Origin: Trichinella spiralis
Taxonomy: Eukaryota
NCBI RefSeq assembly: GCF_000181795.1
Contig: NW_003526944.1
Location: 4,966,055-5,030,054 of the forward strand
Length of the DNA: 64,000 bases
Reading direction: 5' to 3'
Positions 26,801 through 39,300 of this stretch are shown piece by piece. The notes under the pieces were generated by a model. The model was not told the DNA's origin. It saw nothing but the letters and a program-made list of their open reading frames with translations, and did no database searches. The position numbers were made by a program, and so were the translations under genes. Positions within the stretch are counted from its first letter, which is position 1. The number at the start of each line of letters is the position of its first letter.

Positions 26801-29427
26801 GTTCCACTGTTGACCATCTTCGGCAAACCATTCCAAACAAAACTGAGAAGCGATACTTTCCAAATTTACTTCATCATCATAAAACCAAATTAGTGGAATT
26901 GGATGACTCCATACGCTAAAAAAATAATATACATAATACATGTATAAAAGTGCAAAAAAAATTTTTTTACAAAAGTTGAGTACTATAAACAATATCTTAC
27001 GATGTTCCTTCAGAATAAGGTTGAGTATCATCACGAACGGAAAGTTTTAAAAACCCAAATCGATATGTCAACAATTCATAACGAATCGATTCCAACCATT
27101 TCATAGTTGACTTAGTTAAGGTATAACTAAATTAGAATTGAAAATTTAAATAAATAAATCACACACACACATATATATATAGACAAATAAGTATATGACC
27201 TTCCAATTTCTTCTCTCGGATCCAAATTATTGGAAACGGTGATAAATTCACTTAGTCGATTCAACGTTGGAATGAATTTCATTTCACGATCATCACGACG
27301 TTCCTTGTAACCCCAGACGGACAATTGCAAAGAAGCAATACGCTGCAACTGATTGTCGGTAAAATTGCTAGCATACCATCTGATGCGTCTTTGCAAAGGC
27401 GGATCTTTCATATACCAAAGATGAATTTGGCCGAGATCCAAAGCGTACGGATCCAATCCGCTCGGCACTAGAAAACCAAATAGAACATGTAATCAATGTA
27501 TAATAAATATTTAAAAAATTCTTATTAAAATAATAATTTACCATAGTAGATGCTTCCAATGTAACTTTTAATATTTCGAACACTGAAATAAACATATTTC
27601 ACACCCCACTGAAAGTAGCGGACCATTTTGCATTCAGCAATGGCAGCATTTTTCACCGTACAATGAGCCGGCTATAGAATATTGAATTTCAGTCACTATT
27701 TAATGGAAACAAATGATTCAGTCTAAAAGAATTACCTTATTCTCCGCCACGTACAGAATGGGAGAATCTGAGCTGGTCATGCATGGACCGTTGACAAGTA
27801 CAGTTGAATCACCCATCGAATTCACAATATCCGGATAAATAGTGAGACGATCTGCAAAAAATATTGAAATTATTATCAACATTAGTTGATTAAAATTTTG
27901 TTATGCTGAAATAAAAAAAATGGTGTTCAATTGTAAAAAAAAAGAAATTCACATGTTCCAACAGTTAAATTTGAACAGCCCCCTTTGCGAACAATGTCAT
28001 CCACTCGAAAAAGATAACGCCCTCTAGCTTGATGAGGCACTGATGACATCATGGCTAGTTGCATTGGCATTTTCGAGTAGACAGGATCGACCAAAACCGA
28101 GCCAGTCTTATTTCCACCATTGAATTCAGCCTAAAATGACAATTTCAGTCATTATTTTGGGAAAATTGTTCTCAGCCAACTGTTTAATCAGTTCAACACA
28201 TGCCTTGCATCTTCCCCTTCTGGATGCGCCATTTATATCCGATCCGGCATAGCCGAGGGTGTGATAATTTAAAATTGCGTAACTCAATTGACCGGCTCGA
28301 TCGGTCGCTAAAACGGCTTGATAAGTTGCTTTCTGAAATGAGAATATTGTAAAAAGCAAGAAACAAACAAAAAAAGCAAAACACTTGCCTTTCCTGCATC
28401 TTCGTCCTGAGAAGATGCTTGATAGAAGGTGACATTCTGCCACGTGACAACCAATGCCATGTCAGCGTGGAAACTGTTCGCTCCGACCATACCTTCTGAA
28501 GATAGAGGTAAAAATTATCATAATTCATTTCGTTAATTTGATTCGAAATTTCATGAACGAACTTTTCAAATCTTCCTGTATCATGTCCAAAAAGTCATCA
28601 CCATCCCCGTCAACGTAGCGTGGCAAATTTCGGTTGTTCAAAAATGGATTCGAAACGTCCGCAAGCAGTGACATCATACTTTTGCGAAAAACCACTCGAT
28701 AAAAGACGCCCGTAAAATTGCGCTGCAACTTCGACGACCGTTGTCTGCAAGTGTAGACGGCTATCAAAGCCGGATCGGCTTTTTCTGGCCAATTTTCAAT
28801 GTCGGATCCGAACGAAAAGTCCATACCCTCTTCGACAAGATTGCCAAATGCAATGTAACCGTGAATAGAAAGCTGAAAATAATATGCAAATTGTACAACA
28901 ATAACAAATTTCAATTATTGATGATGATGATGATGATGCTGTGATGAAATAGAACAACATTACCATTGTATAATTGTATCTGGCTCCGTAGTAGGGGAAA
29001 AAAGAGAACAGATCAATTTGACGACCAGTTTGTTCTTCTTTATCATAGAGACGTTCATCTTTTGTTCCAGTTCCATAAGGATAAAGATTTTCGAATCCTA
29101 AAGCAAACAAGCAATTAATTAATAAAAAATTGATGAATAAATGATTTTCTAGAAAAAAATAGTTCAAGTGTTGGCAGGTTAAACGTGAGTTAAAGAATAA
29201 TAAGGATTTCTTTAAAAAAAACAAAACAAAGAAAGCTGAGAAAACATTTTAAAACTGAAGTTAATGATAATTTAAATTGTAAATTGTATTCAGTACTACC
29301 AACAAGCAGGCGAACGCTTACCTGAAGTGGTGAACGATTGTATTGTATGCTGTGAAAAGGGATTGGGAATGGGCAATTGGCAGTGGATGAAATTGAATAA
29401 GTAAAAAAACCAAAAGCAGATTAGCAT
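23874..29427 (-). CDS. mesh: Mesh/SUSD2-like adhesion protein (signal peptide, NIDO, IPT-like, AMOP, VWD, Sushi, TM, cytoplasmic tail); many exons
   Basis: LYPYG..., TYQAVLATD (NIDO); SCPCRYEQALIDIGRFMPHPRC and GQVCCYD (AMOP); GAGHVVTFDRFNYTFN (VWD); VQFECYPTHWLKGTGEYTCKDGRW (Sushi); TM ILTIIFGILLIIAVIGAIFF; tail ends GLKTLV. Confidence 0.9.
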
Positions 29428-30859
29428 AATTGACGGCAAATGTTGAGCGCACGTTTCTGTTGTCTTTGAAGCTGAAAAGCAGGCGAGCAAAGAAGACGCT
29501 GCTTCGGGTGACTGGTCAGCTTTGTTGTAAGTTTCCTTCTGCAACTTTCAATGGTAAACAAAGCCGACTGCCTGTAAATACAACTTTGACACGCGTTGTG
29601 CAATAAAAATGACGCCCATCTTGCTCACCACCTCTCCTCTTATCATTTTCTTGATCGACATACGCTTGCTTGGCTGGCAAACTGTGTTCAACAAAACGCT
29701 GATTCATTCACCTTCGACACCGACGACGCAATCCATATTCAACATCAAACTATGCATGATTCAAAGTCATTATAAAAAAATAAATAAATAAATAAACAAA
29801 AGGTTCATTCTACATATATCTGAACATGCATACCATCATCTGTGACAGCTTCTGAGAGGTACCAAAGGAAGAAAATTGTTTTTCTTTTTCCATTTTAAAA
29901 TTTAACACCAATAACAAATTACAATAATATAATAATTCATTCATTATTTTCAAATATTTCCAATTCTAAAATGAAATAAAATTTTCCATTTTCAATTTAA
30001 TAACAAACATTATTTATTGTTCAATTGAACTATTAAACTGAAATGCAATAAGTATTTTTTAAAAGAAATTTTCTGCCAACAAAACTCTGTTAGTCACTTT
30101 TGAAAAAAATAAAATACCCTCCCCCTTTCAAAAAAGGGAAAAAAATATTTCTCCGATTTATACTTATAATAATGAATAAATGGATAAGAATGCACAAACA
30201 ATGCCAGTGGTTGTCTATTTGAATAATTTCCAAATGCAAAATTCGAATTCTTCAGATAAACTCGAACCGCTTACGCAATCTGCACATTCATGATGATGAC
30301 CTTCTTCGAATGGAAAGTAAACAAGCAAGCTTATAAGACGTAACGCAACTTTGTTTGTATCGACAATTTTCCACCGAAAGAAAAAGCTGAAACGATCAAT
30401 CTGATTTGAAAAATAAATTTTTTCAATTTCCTTCCTGAAATCATTTGTAGTCCTGTAAACAAAATTTTTTCTTCTAACAAAAATATTTCCTGACAAAAAT
30501 ACTGTTTATCAGATACTGGACAAATGCAAACAAAATTGAATGAAACATAAAATCAAGGTCAACTGAAATGATGAAAGTTTCAAAAAAGAAAAAGAAAAAA
30601 TATCTTCTGCTTGAAGCGGCAAGCAACAGAAAATTCGTGGAAAAAAACGAATGTAATCCCTCGTAGCCGTAACAACAAAATGCACAATTTTCTCTTTTCC
30701 AAATGTTAAAAATAACAACTCACTTACTTTTTGAAGAAAAAACATTTTTCTTCTTTCTTTTTATTGTTTTTTTCACATGTATAATATTATATGCATTTGC
30801 ATAGCATTTCAAGTATCAACAACTGAATAATATAACTTCGTTGCTGTAGAAATGAATAC

Positions 30860-30895
<36 letters not shown>

Positions 30896-31075
30896 AACTA
30901 AACTGCATTCATAAATTTCAAATTTAACCTTTGCAAATATAAACTTCAGAATTTAATGAATGACACTTAATTTTCATTTCACTACAGTATGCTTCGAATT
31001 TGTTCAACACATTCAGTTCATTCAAATCGATAAATATAATATAACAGAATATATCATAAATAAAGAAATAATTTA

Positions 31076-31948
31076 TCAATTACCAGCTGGAGAAGTATTA
31101 TTTATAAAATGCACGTACATATTAGCCAGAACTTTCACATCTTCGATCGGATGCATGCGCACATAGGCAAAAAATTGCCTTTTAACATCAGCTAAAAATT
31201 GCGCTGTAAAAAAGTGCTTCAGTTTTATCGCTTCGTCAACGCCTTCAACAGTGAACAACGCTTTTTCGTCTTGGTCACCTTCCCCAATTGGATTTTCGCT
31301 CAATCGTTCTTGTATAGCAGTATTAATGGCGCTTGTCAAAAGGTCAAGTTCGGACAGAAACTGGGCGCTGGCCAGTGGCTGCGCTTCGGTCGAACGGTTT
31401 GATGTCAACTTTTTGCCCTGCAAAATCAGTGGGCACACTTTATCTACGCACTCAGACACAAGCTCCTCCATCAAGCAGAAAGTGTATTGAATTTGATCCC
31501 ATTTATTCCTGTCTTCTGGCAGCTCGTACCGATTGACCAGATCATGCACAGTGGTCAATTTGTACCTCATCTCCTGCGGTCGGATCATATTGAAGAACGA
31601 TGAGCGCCAACCATTGTTGCCACAGCGGATCAAAAAATAGCTTACTTGAGCCGCTTTTGCTGCACAGTATAATTCGTAGCGGAAACTTTTTAAATAATTC
31701 AACGAATCTATGATGACAATCGTGTCAGCTTTCAAATTTTTCACAACTTCCGATTTCAAAAAACTCCTTAGCTGACCCTCTTCATAAGGCTTTTCGTAAA
31801 TTGAACGATGGAAGCTTGGAAAATCGTCATCCGATATATGCAAAACTTGTTTATTGTTGCCTTCAGCCGCTGACAAAGCATTCTTCAACACCCTTGCTAA
31901 CATTGTCTTGCCGCTGCAAGGATAGCCAGTAATCACTACCAAAGACAT
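31076..31948 (-). CDS. KTI12: KTI12 homolog (Elongator-associated P-loop protein), intronless; probable start 31948
   Basis: MSLVVITGYPCSGKT P-loop, VIIDSLNYLKSFRYELYC, RYELPEDRNKWD, C-terminal RQFFAYVRMHP. Confidence 0.95.
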   Translation of the reverse strand: MSLVVITGYPCSGKTMLARVLKNALSAAEGNNKQVLHISDDDFPSFHRSIYEKPYEEGQLRSFLKSEVVKNLKADTIVIIDSLNYLKSFRYELYCAAKAAQVSYFLIRCGNNGWRSSFFNMIRPQEMRYKLTTVHDLVNRYELPEDRNKWDQIQYTFCLMEELVSECVDKVCPLILQGKKLTSNRSTEAQPLASAQFLSELDLLTSAINTAIQERLSENPIGEGDQDEKALFTVEGVDEAIKLKHFFTAQFLADVKRQFFAYVRMHPIEDVKVLANMYVHFINNTSPAGN

Positions 31949-32113
31949 GCTGCTTTCTGTAAAACATGTTAATCTGAAAACAGATGCACAAAAGTAAATT
32001 TTCAAATGCAAATTTTCACAAAGAAAACGGTGGCTGACAATTTCCATCAACAGTGACAACAACATTAAAAATAAAATGTCGGGAAAGTTTATTTATTATG
32101 AAAATGTTTTTAT
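31949..32113 (-). promoter_or_regulatory. Operon-type intercistronic region (poly(A) signals followed by trans-splice acceptor)
   Basis: AATAAA elements just after the upstream stop (~32110, 32097-32088), a U-rich tract, then TTTTCAG (31980-31974) and TTTTACAG ending 31957, 8 nt before the KTI12 ATG. Confidence 0.65.
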
Positions 32114-32701
32114 TTATCTTGAACTAGAGCTAGCTGTAGTTTTCAGAATATCTTTGACAAAAGCTTCTTTGCTAATTTCATGACCGCGCGTGGTCATAAA
32201 TAATTCCAACGCCTTTTGCGGATTCCAGCCTTTCCTTTCAATTAGATACTTACAGATGAAATAGCCAGTACGATTCACGCCGTGTGTGCAGTGAACGCAA
32301 ATGACGGAATTTGGATCTCGATTGCGACGGGTAAAATTATCAACCGCTTCATAAAACTTTTCCATCACGTCGGCAGGTGGTAAACCTTCCTTGCCATTGT
32401 TACTGTTGTAAAAGTTAAATGGAATCCTGACCACGTCAATGCCGTTTTTCAGAAATTCACTAGGATCATAGTAGCGATCAGTGGCAGTCAAGCTGATGAC
32501 CAAACGCAAACGCAAACCAAGACTTTGGATAGAGCATTTCAGATCGTTTGGTGTAAACCAATTAGCTGCACAATTTATCTTTTTACACAGAGTCTTTTTC
32601 AGAGGACATTTTGAGCATATAAATGGCGTTCCGAGCAGAGGCTCACCGTGTTTGCTATAAGCCAGCCATCCTTTGGGAATTTTCTCTTGAACATTTGACA
32701 T
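32114..32701 (-). CDS. DUSP11: RNA 5'-triphosphatase of the PIR-1/DUSP11 family, stand-alone and intronless
   Basis: IPKGWLAY..., FICSKCPL, SLTATDRYY, catalytic loop VHCTHGVNRTGYFICKYL, F..TRGHEI; no guanylyltransferase domain follows. Confidence 0.85.
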   Translation of the reverse strand: MSNVQEKIPKGWLAYSKHGEPLLGTPFICSKCPLKKTLCKKINCAANWFTPNDLKCSIQSLGLRLRLVISLTATDRYYDPSEFLKNGIDVVRIPFNFYNSNNGKEGLPPADVMEKFYEAVDNFTRRNRDPNSVICVHCTHGVNRTGYFICKYLIERKGWNPQKALELFMTTRGHEISKEAFVKDILKTTASSSSR

Positions 32702-33756
32702 ATTGCAAAATTCCTAAAACAAATTAAACCGATAAAACCAACATCGTCAAGACTGTTCATAATAATATCAGGCCAAACAGCATACATTCAAAGTTTGTCA
32801 TTTCTCTTATAGGACATGATAAAATACGGTTGGCATCTTTAAAAACCAAAATGTGCGTGTGCCAAACTACAAAAGCAGTGAGTAAATAATCTCATCATTA
32901 CTGATGCATAAAGATGGGGAAAATCACAATAAACAAAAATAGAAGCATCAAACAAACATGCAACAACGAAAGTGCAAGAAATAAAAGCAGTGATTATTAT
33001 TAACTTTGCAAAAAAGCAGCCATAAGAGCATTACAAAGACGAGTTTTCAAAAAGTATAATTCTTAGCAATTTATTAAAAATAAATACTGTATTCAAATGA
33101 TCACTAAATGTTGTTTCCAAATGATCATCTGGTCAAGATTACAATTTTAATTTACTAAACATTGCAACAAACTAATATAAAGCATTTTATCAGGTAAAAA
33201 ATATCAAAGAATGGATTATTGTTCTGTAAAAAATAACGTCTACAATATTTAATAATTACCGAACAAAATCTGGACACAAGTGATCAAAATAACTGAATGG
33301 AGAAATTTCTGAATGAAAGTAATTGATCAGTATCAAATTATAGACTGCCACTATTTTTAAAGAATAAATTCAATAGCAGAATTGTTTTCCAACAAAAATC
33401 TACTCAAAACATGACAATACAAAACACGTACGACAAAAATGTAAAAGTGCGCATGCTCATTGATAACAAACAAATACAGTATCCCATTGATACTCAGGTA
33501 ATTTTAAGCTATCTTCATACAACCTTCAGCACAAATTTACAAACGATCATAAAAAATATTTAAAAAATCTTTCCATATATATTATTTGACTAGTCATTAT
33601 AATTAATATTTTAAAAAAATGTGCGCAAATCACAGTTGTTTTCATTTTTCATAAAGAGTGTGACTGTAGTGTAGGAATATATTTTTATTTTTGTTGCAGT
33701 ATTTACAGTAATAATTAATATGTAAGTAAAACAATAAAAATAAAATCCTATAATAC

Positions 33757-34870
33757 TCCCCTCCTCAAAACAAACAGAAACAGAAACTTCATAACTGTTC
33801 ATAACTTTAGTATGCAGGTTGCGCAAAAACTACTCTACAAGCATGGTTGGGTAGGAATATATCTTGTAAATTATTATCAAGAACAAACGCAGGTTTGGTG
33901 TGGTCAATGACTATCAATGTTCACCATGATGGTCTTCTTGGTTCGCCTAATTACGCTGTGGGGACCAAAGTATGCAGGTGAAAGGCCATGAAGTTCAGCG
34001 GCTAATCGAATAAAGACGTGACTGCAGTCACTGAAGGTCTTGCTCGTTAATGGCAAAGGAAAATTTGAACCGCAAACAACTGGTTTCAATCTTTGCAGAG
34101 CGGCTTGGAGACGGGTAGCATAGCCTGAGGTACTGAGATGGATGCCGTTCACCGTGATGTTGAAGAACTGGCAGGCAGACGCAATGAGGATCCATAAATA
34201 ATCAGGCCCAAGTCAGCTTTAACTGCAGAACGCGGTCCAAGATGCACAAGAGGAAGCGCCTCTGCCCAGCGGATACCGTTTTGGTGCAGGTAAACTATTA
34301 GGGCTGATTTCAAATGGCGGTTCCTGTTCTACCAGGCCATTTGATTGAGGGTGGTAGGCAGATGTAGCGATTTGCTTACAACTAAAAAGTTTGGTGACTG
34401 TAAACCACAGATGGGAATTGAACTGCCTCCCTCGATCAGTCGCGATGTGTGATGAGACTTCAAATCTGGCTATCCAGTTCGACAGCAACGTCTGAGCCAC
34501 TGAATTCCTCCACTCCACCGTGCTACTCGCTGTTTGGATCTGCTGAAGCAGAGCTGCCCGAAGACAGTAAAGGGTTCACGTTCCATTGGAGCGTTGAAGA
34601 TGAGAGATTTCGTAGCTGTGAAAGGACCTCATCTGGGATGCCGCTCAAGGTGAGTTGGAGTTCGCTTGCTTTATCGGTAACATTTCGTTGTGCGAAGAAC
34701 AAACAAAACGAGGCGTAACTGACAGATGATGTTGAGAAGAAAAAAACTCGGATCAGCGAATAAAAGGCTGCTCCTAGAGTCATCAACAAAGCTAGAGCAA
34801 ATTGAAGTTAAGCAGATTACGTTGGGAAGCAAATCAAACCTGGGTTTATTGTTTGACCACAAATGTTATC
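33757..34870 (-). mobile_element. Internally deleted Gypsy/Ty3 LTR-retrotransposon relic (gag fragment fused to integrase fragment)
   Basis: Integrase core WIARF...IATDRGRQFNS.LW...TSAYHPQSNGLVE; downstream HVFIR...LSPAYFGPHSVIRR (GPY/F-type region); gag-like FFAQRNVTD...LSGIPDEVLSQLRNL; purine tract GAGGAGGGGAG at ~33766-33756; frameshifts. Confidence 0.85.
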
Positions 34871-35099
34871 AACCTCTAATTGTATACCGCAACTTGCCTT
34901 CAATTTTGAATTCTCCTGCTATCTTTTGCAAGCCCATATTGTATTGCATTGTGCTTAATCGAATAATTTATGCTATCAATAAAGAACGAACGTATAAAAA
35001 TATTGTTCATAATTATTTTACAATTAAGCGTTATGATTATCATTTAAAAAGTGCAAAAAAGTTTTTAAATTTTGCTGAGTTGCAACAGATTCATTCATT

Positions 35100-35530
35100 G
35101 GAATAAGTACAGGCGTGATTGTCACGATGATGAATTTTCATTAATTTCAATTGTACATGTGCAAAACCCACTCAACATTAGAAGTGAGACTGTTGAAAAT
35201 TCCGTCACTGCCGAAGAAAACTCCCGGAGCGTCAAACGCTTGGGCATACTGCGCACAGTTATACAGGTCGAGGACGCTGTCCAAGGTTAGATCTCGACGG
35301 TGGGTCAGGCGGCCAGCGCAACACAGCAAAGCCCGATCCTATTTTGAAAGTAATTCGTATTACTTGCACAAGATCCTCGTTTCTGTCCATCAAAACTGAC
35401 ACCAATGGAGCATAGCAGGCGTCGGGCATAGCACGAACAGGGCCCGTAGTACCGAAGCAGTCGTGTTTCAGACGATCGACAGGAGAACAATAGAAGCAGA
35501 GTTATGAGCAAGATCTACCAAGCGACTGAC
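35100..35530 (-). mobile_element. Possible second retroelement gag-like relic
   Basis: GC-richer block adjacent to the Gypsy relic; RRDLTLDSVLDL resembles the gag DLTL..A motif; weak. Confidence 0.3.
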
Positions 35531-36346
35531 CACAGAAAGAATAACAACAGTTCAGTGAAACGCGCAAATTTATCGAACTGGTTGAATCTAGCGCAAAAAC
35601 ATACAGTCAGCTATGGAACTTGACTATCTGAATTAGAAGTACAGTAGTAGATGCCCACGCAGCTGCTGTTACAATTGTTCATGCATTTGTCGGAAAACTT
35701 GTCTAAAAGAAAAGAACTAAAAATTGAGCGTGTTCATGCTAAGGGTGTGGCTTTATTTTCTTCATCGAAAAGATGCCTCAAAAGGGCTGAAGTCAGTGAA
35801 GAACAAGTGCAGACAGCGTTTTGAATAATGAAATTTCCAGTTTTGAATTTTATTCGATGAAAAAAAGTTTTCCAAAGTGCTCGAAACGCAGTTCCAATGG
35901 TCATCAAGTTTGTCAGTCGGTGTAGGCCAACAGCAAGAACAATGTTCGAAACAATTGACGACAGTCGTGACGTGTGTGTGTGTGTGTGTGCTGTTTCCTC
36001 GGCATGAAACGAACCAATACAGGGAAACAGAAAACGTCGGCCAAGCCGGGCAGAATAAGAAACACGTTTACTTGCCGTTTCGCTAGTGGAGTGGGCGGTA
36101 TTAAGCGACCAGTTGGGAACTTGTTTTCACAAAGACTGACGTCGTCGGCTGACCGTGTTGCTTGCTTGCGCAGATGCTGTTCTGATGCAGAGCAGCAGAA
36201 GCAGCAGCAGCAGCTTGTAGCTTAGAAGCTTGGAATGAAGGACCACTGGCCATCGCCAGTGTCCGAAGATTATCCAATACTGAAAGCGGACCAAAACGTA
36301 CGCTGATATATATATATATATAGTCGACCAGTCGCAGTTGCAAATT

Positions 36347-39300
36347 ATGCGCGGTAGCGTTCAGCGTTTGTTGGTTTTGGTCATTTTCACAATGTGCCCC
36401 TCTGTGGAGACCAATCCTACTGAGGAGAATGATTTTCTGATGAGCATGACTGAAAAAAGCATTTGTGCTTTTGCTCAATATTTCCAGTGCATTATTGCTA
36501 ATAGCAGATTAAACAACGAAACTTCCACAATTGAAAAAAGTTGGACGTCAAACGACAACCACTGCTTTGAAATTATGAATGAAAAGCTCGAACAAAGCAA
36601 TAACACCCAGTGCGGTCAACTTTTCAACCGTCTCGAAATGGCCAATCCACTATATGGTAAGCAATTATCTGTTTTTTGATTGTCTTTATTTTTGGTGGTT
36701 CTTATTCAAATTTCTACAATTATCATAAATTAAACGTGAAAATATTATTATGCGCAACGGAACAATTTTCCTTCCAGTCAAATCTAATTTCACTCACATG
36801 CACATCCTTGTCACGTTCCAATTAACTATTTATTCATTAGCAGACGTAAGTAAAACAACGTCCACGTGAATGACAAACTGCTTTTGCCTGCGACACATTT
36901 CAAAAGCATCTATACTGTGAAAAAAAAAACAACAACCAACCAATACATTTTTATCAATCAATGAATTGAAACAGGGTTAAGGTTGGAGAAATTCCATTAC
37001 ACTTTTATGAATTAAAAAAGGAAAGAAAGCGAAGCGGATGTAGAATAAGAACAAGTGGAGCGTGTGAATGAAAAATAACAGTGATAAATTAATGCCGTCA
37101 ATTACAGACTGCAATTTGACAATTCAACAGTTATTAAAAGTGGAATAGTTTTCTCATTTCTTCTTCTGTTCATGAACTTGTTTCAACAAAAAAAGATGCA
37201 AATAAACGTTACAATTACATTAACAGCATTTCTTCATTGACACAAAACTTTTGAAGTTTCAGATAATTAAATGCAAATATTACTTTTTTGGAAAAAGAAA
37301 TGCAAAAATTTGCAAAAGTTCAAACTTACTTAAAACGGAGAAGGAAAGTCAAAATCTTAAGGTTCCAAGTTCGACTGTATGTGACACCTGAAAATCAGAA
37401 ATGCATTTGTTTTTGTGAAAGAAACTTTCAATTAACCATTTTTGAAAATTATTATTTGTTCGCTACTAACTGCTACTAAATAATTTGGTGAAAATTTAGA
37501 CAACAAATTTTCAAACAATACAAATTTGATAATAACAATACAACTATAATTAATTGTTTTTGTTTGCACGTATGCATTGTAGATAATGTACAACTTTCGG
37601 TGAAGTTTTCTAATTCACGTACGCTGAAGATTTATTTCCCACGATACCGCAACAGTGTATTTTATATTCTTGAGATAAGAAATCTGAAATACGATGCACA
37701 GAGTTGGAAATACGCAGTAAGCTTTCTCTCTTTAGTGTCTTTTTCAACAACATACATGTTGACGCTTCACTGTTGTTCATATCGTTTTTTGGTAGGGCGT
37801 ATTTCGATCTGATGCGATTGAATATCCACCGCCAGATTTGTGCAATTCTTATGAAATCCGTGCCTTCACCGTACTCGACAATGGCACGTTGATTTTTTCT
37901 GCTGGGCAACCCCACTACAACGTTCTGCCGCCTGAATTCTCGTTGAGCAGCTTCAATATGAAAAACTTGTACCTCGACAAAATGAAGAACGAAGTTATAG
38001 CTCATTATGCGTGGTCACACCCACGAGGTATAATTTTTTTGTGAAATTGCTCGAGTCATTTATCTGTGTGTGTGCTTCGTTCTTTCTTTCTTTCAATGTT
38101 CAACTTCAGGCTACAGAAAAGAAGACATCAAACAATACGAAGTGGACATTGTAACGGTCCAGTGTCCAATGATGCCATTGGCCAGCACGCCCCACTATCG
38201 TACAGTGTGTAAATCTTGCCACAAAATGCAATCAAATTGACAACAGAAGTACAATTTTCAGGAGATACACGACGAAGGTGCGGATTTATACATCACGCTC
38301 GCTCCGGAAACAGTGGCCCATCGCTGCTGGTACAAAGTTTCCATTCGAGGCGAAAGTATCTGCAGCCAAGTGTACACCAATACCATAGCCGTATATTTAA
38401 AATTGAAATGCTACGCAGTAGCCAACTATCGTTGCCCACCCCATGGTGAGTGAACTTTGAAAAATTTGTCATTTCCATTGCTGTTCGACAAACAACCACT
38501 GTTTTCCTGAATTTCAGAGCAAAAGCCACGTTGTCTGAATAGAATAGACTTTGAGCCGATTATTCACGATAACGATATGGATTATTCAATCAAACTCCAC
38601 TGGAAGCAGCCCCAAAGGCGTCCCGTCTATTTACACTTGCGCTGGGGTCCGGTCAAATCGGTCAGAATGCTCTCTTCTGGCTTTTCACACAACTACCTTG
38701 GTCAGTTACCGCCCAAAAAGACATACTTTGACTCTGTATACAATTGGAAAATTGACAGTCAAAGAGAAGAGCATATCAAACTGGAACCGGTACACATGCT
38801 TAATTAATTAATTATTTATTTATTTACACCGTTATACTTATTTACTTGGGTTTTAATTCAACGAGATTATTAAATCGTTCATATTTGCACTGCTTGAGAA
38901 AATGTTCACACTGAACAGCAAGCAGAACACACACTTTTACATGTTCGGATAATATATAATGCTTGTTTTTTTTAGAATACAACATCCTTAGAGTTGTCAC
39001 ACATCCACTTCAACCAATCCTACGGTGTTCAGGTGAGCTGATTTTGAATTAGAAATTAAACAAATCATCAATGCATACCTGAAATAATGTGCCGTATTGT
39101 GATGAAATTGAACAGCTTTGCGCGGTTTACAATTTGGAATTCAAAAAACCAACGTGGCGCAAAGTGCCGCTGACCATTGTCCACTGCAACGAGTCGATGA
39201 TCTGCGATGAGCCGAAAGCTGATTTCAATCAGACGGACGAAATAATCCAAGAAATAGCGAAAAGTGTCGTCCAAGCGACCCAACGTACCGGCCTCTTCAA

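Noticed and set aside
31949..32065. 39-aa N-terminal extension of KTI12 in the ORF track
   Set aside because: Lies upstream of the splice acceptors; family homology begins at MSLVVITG
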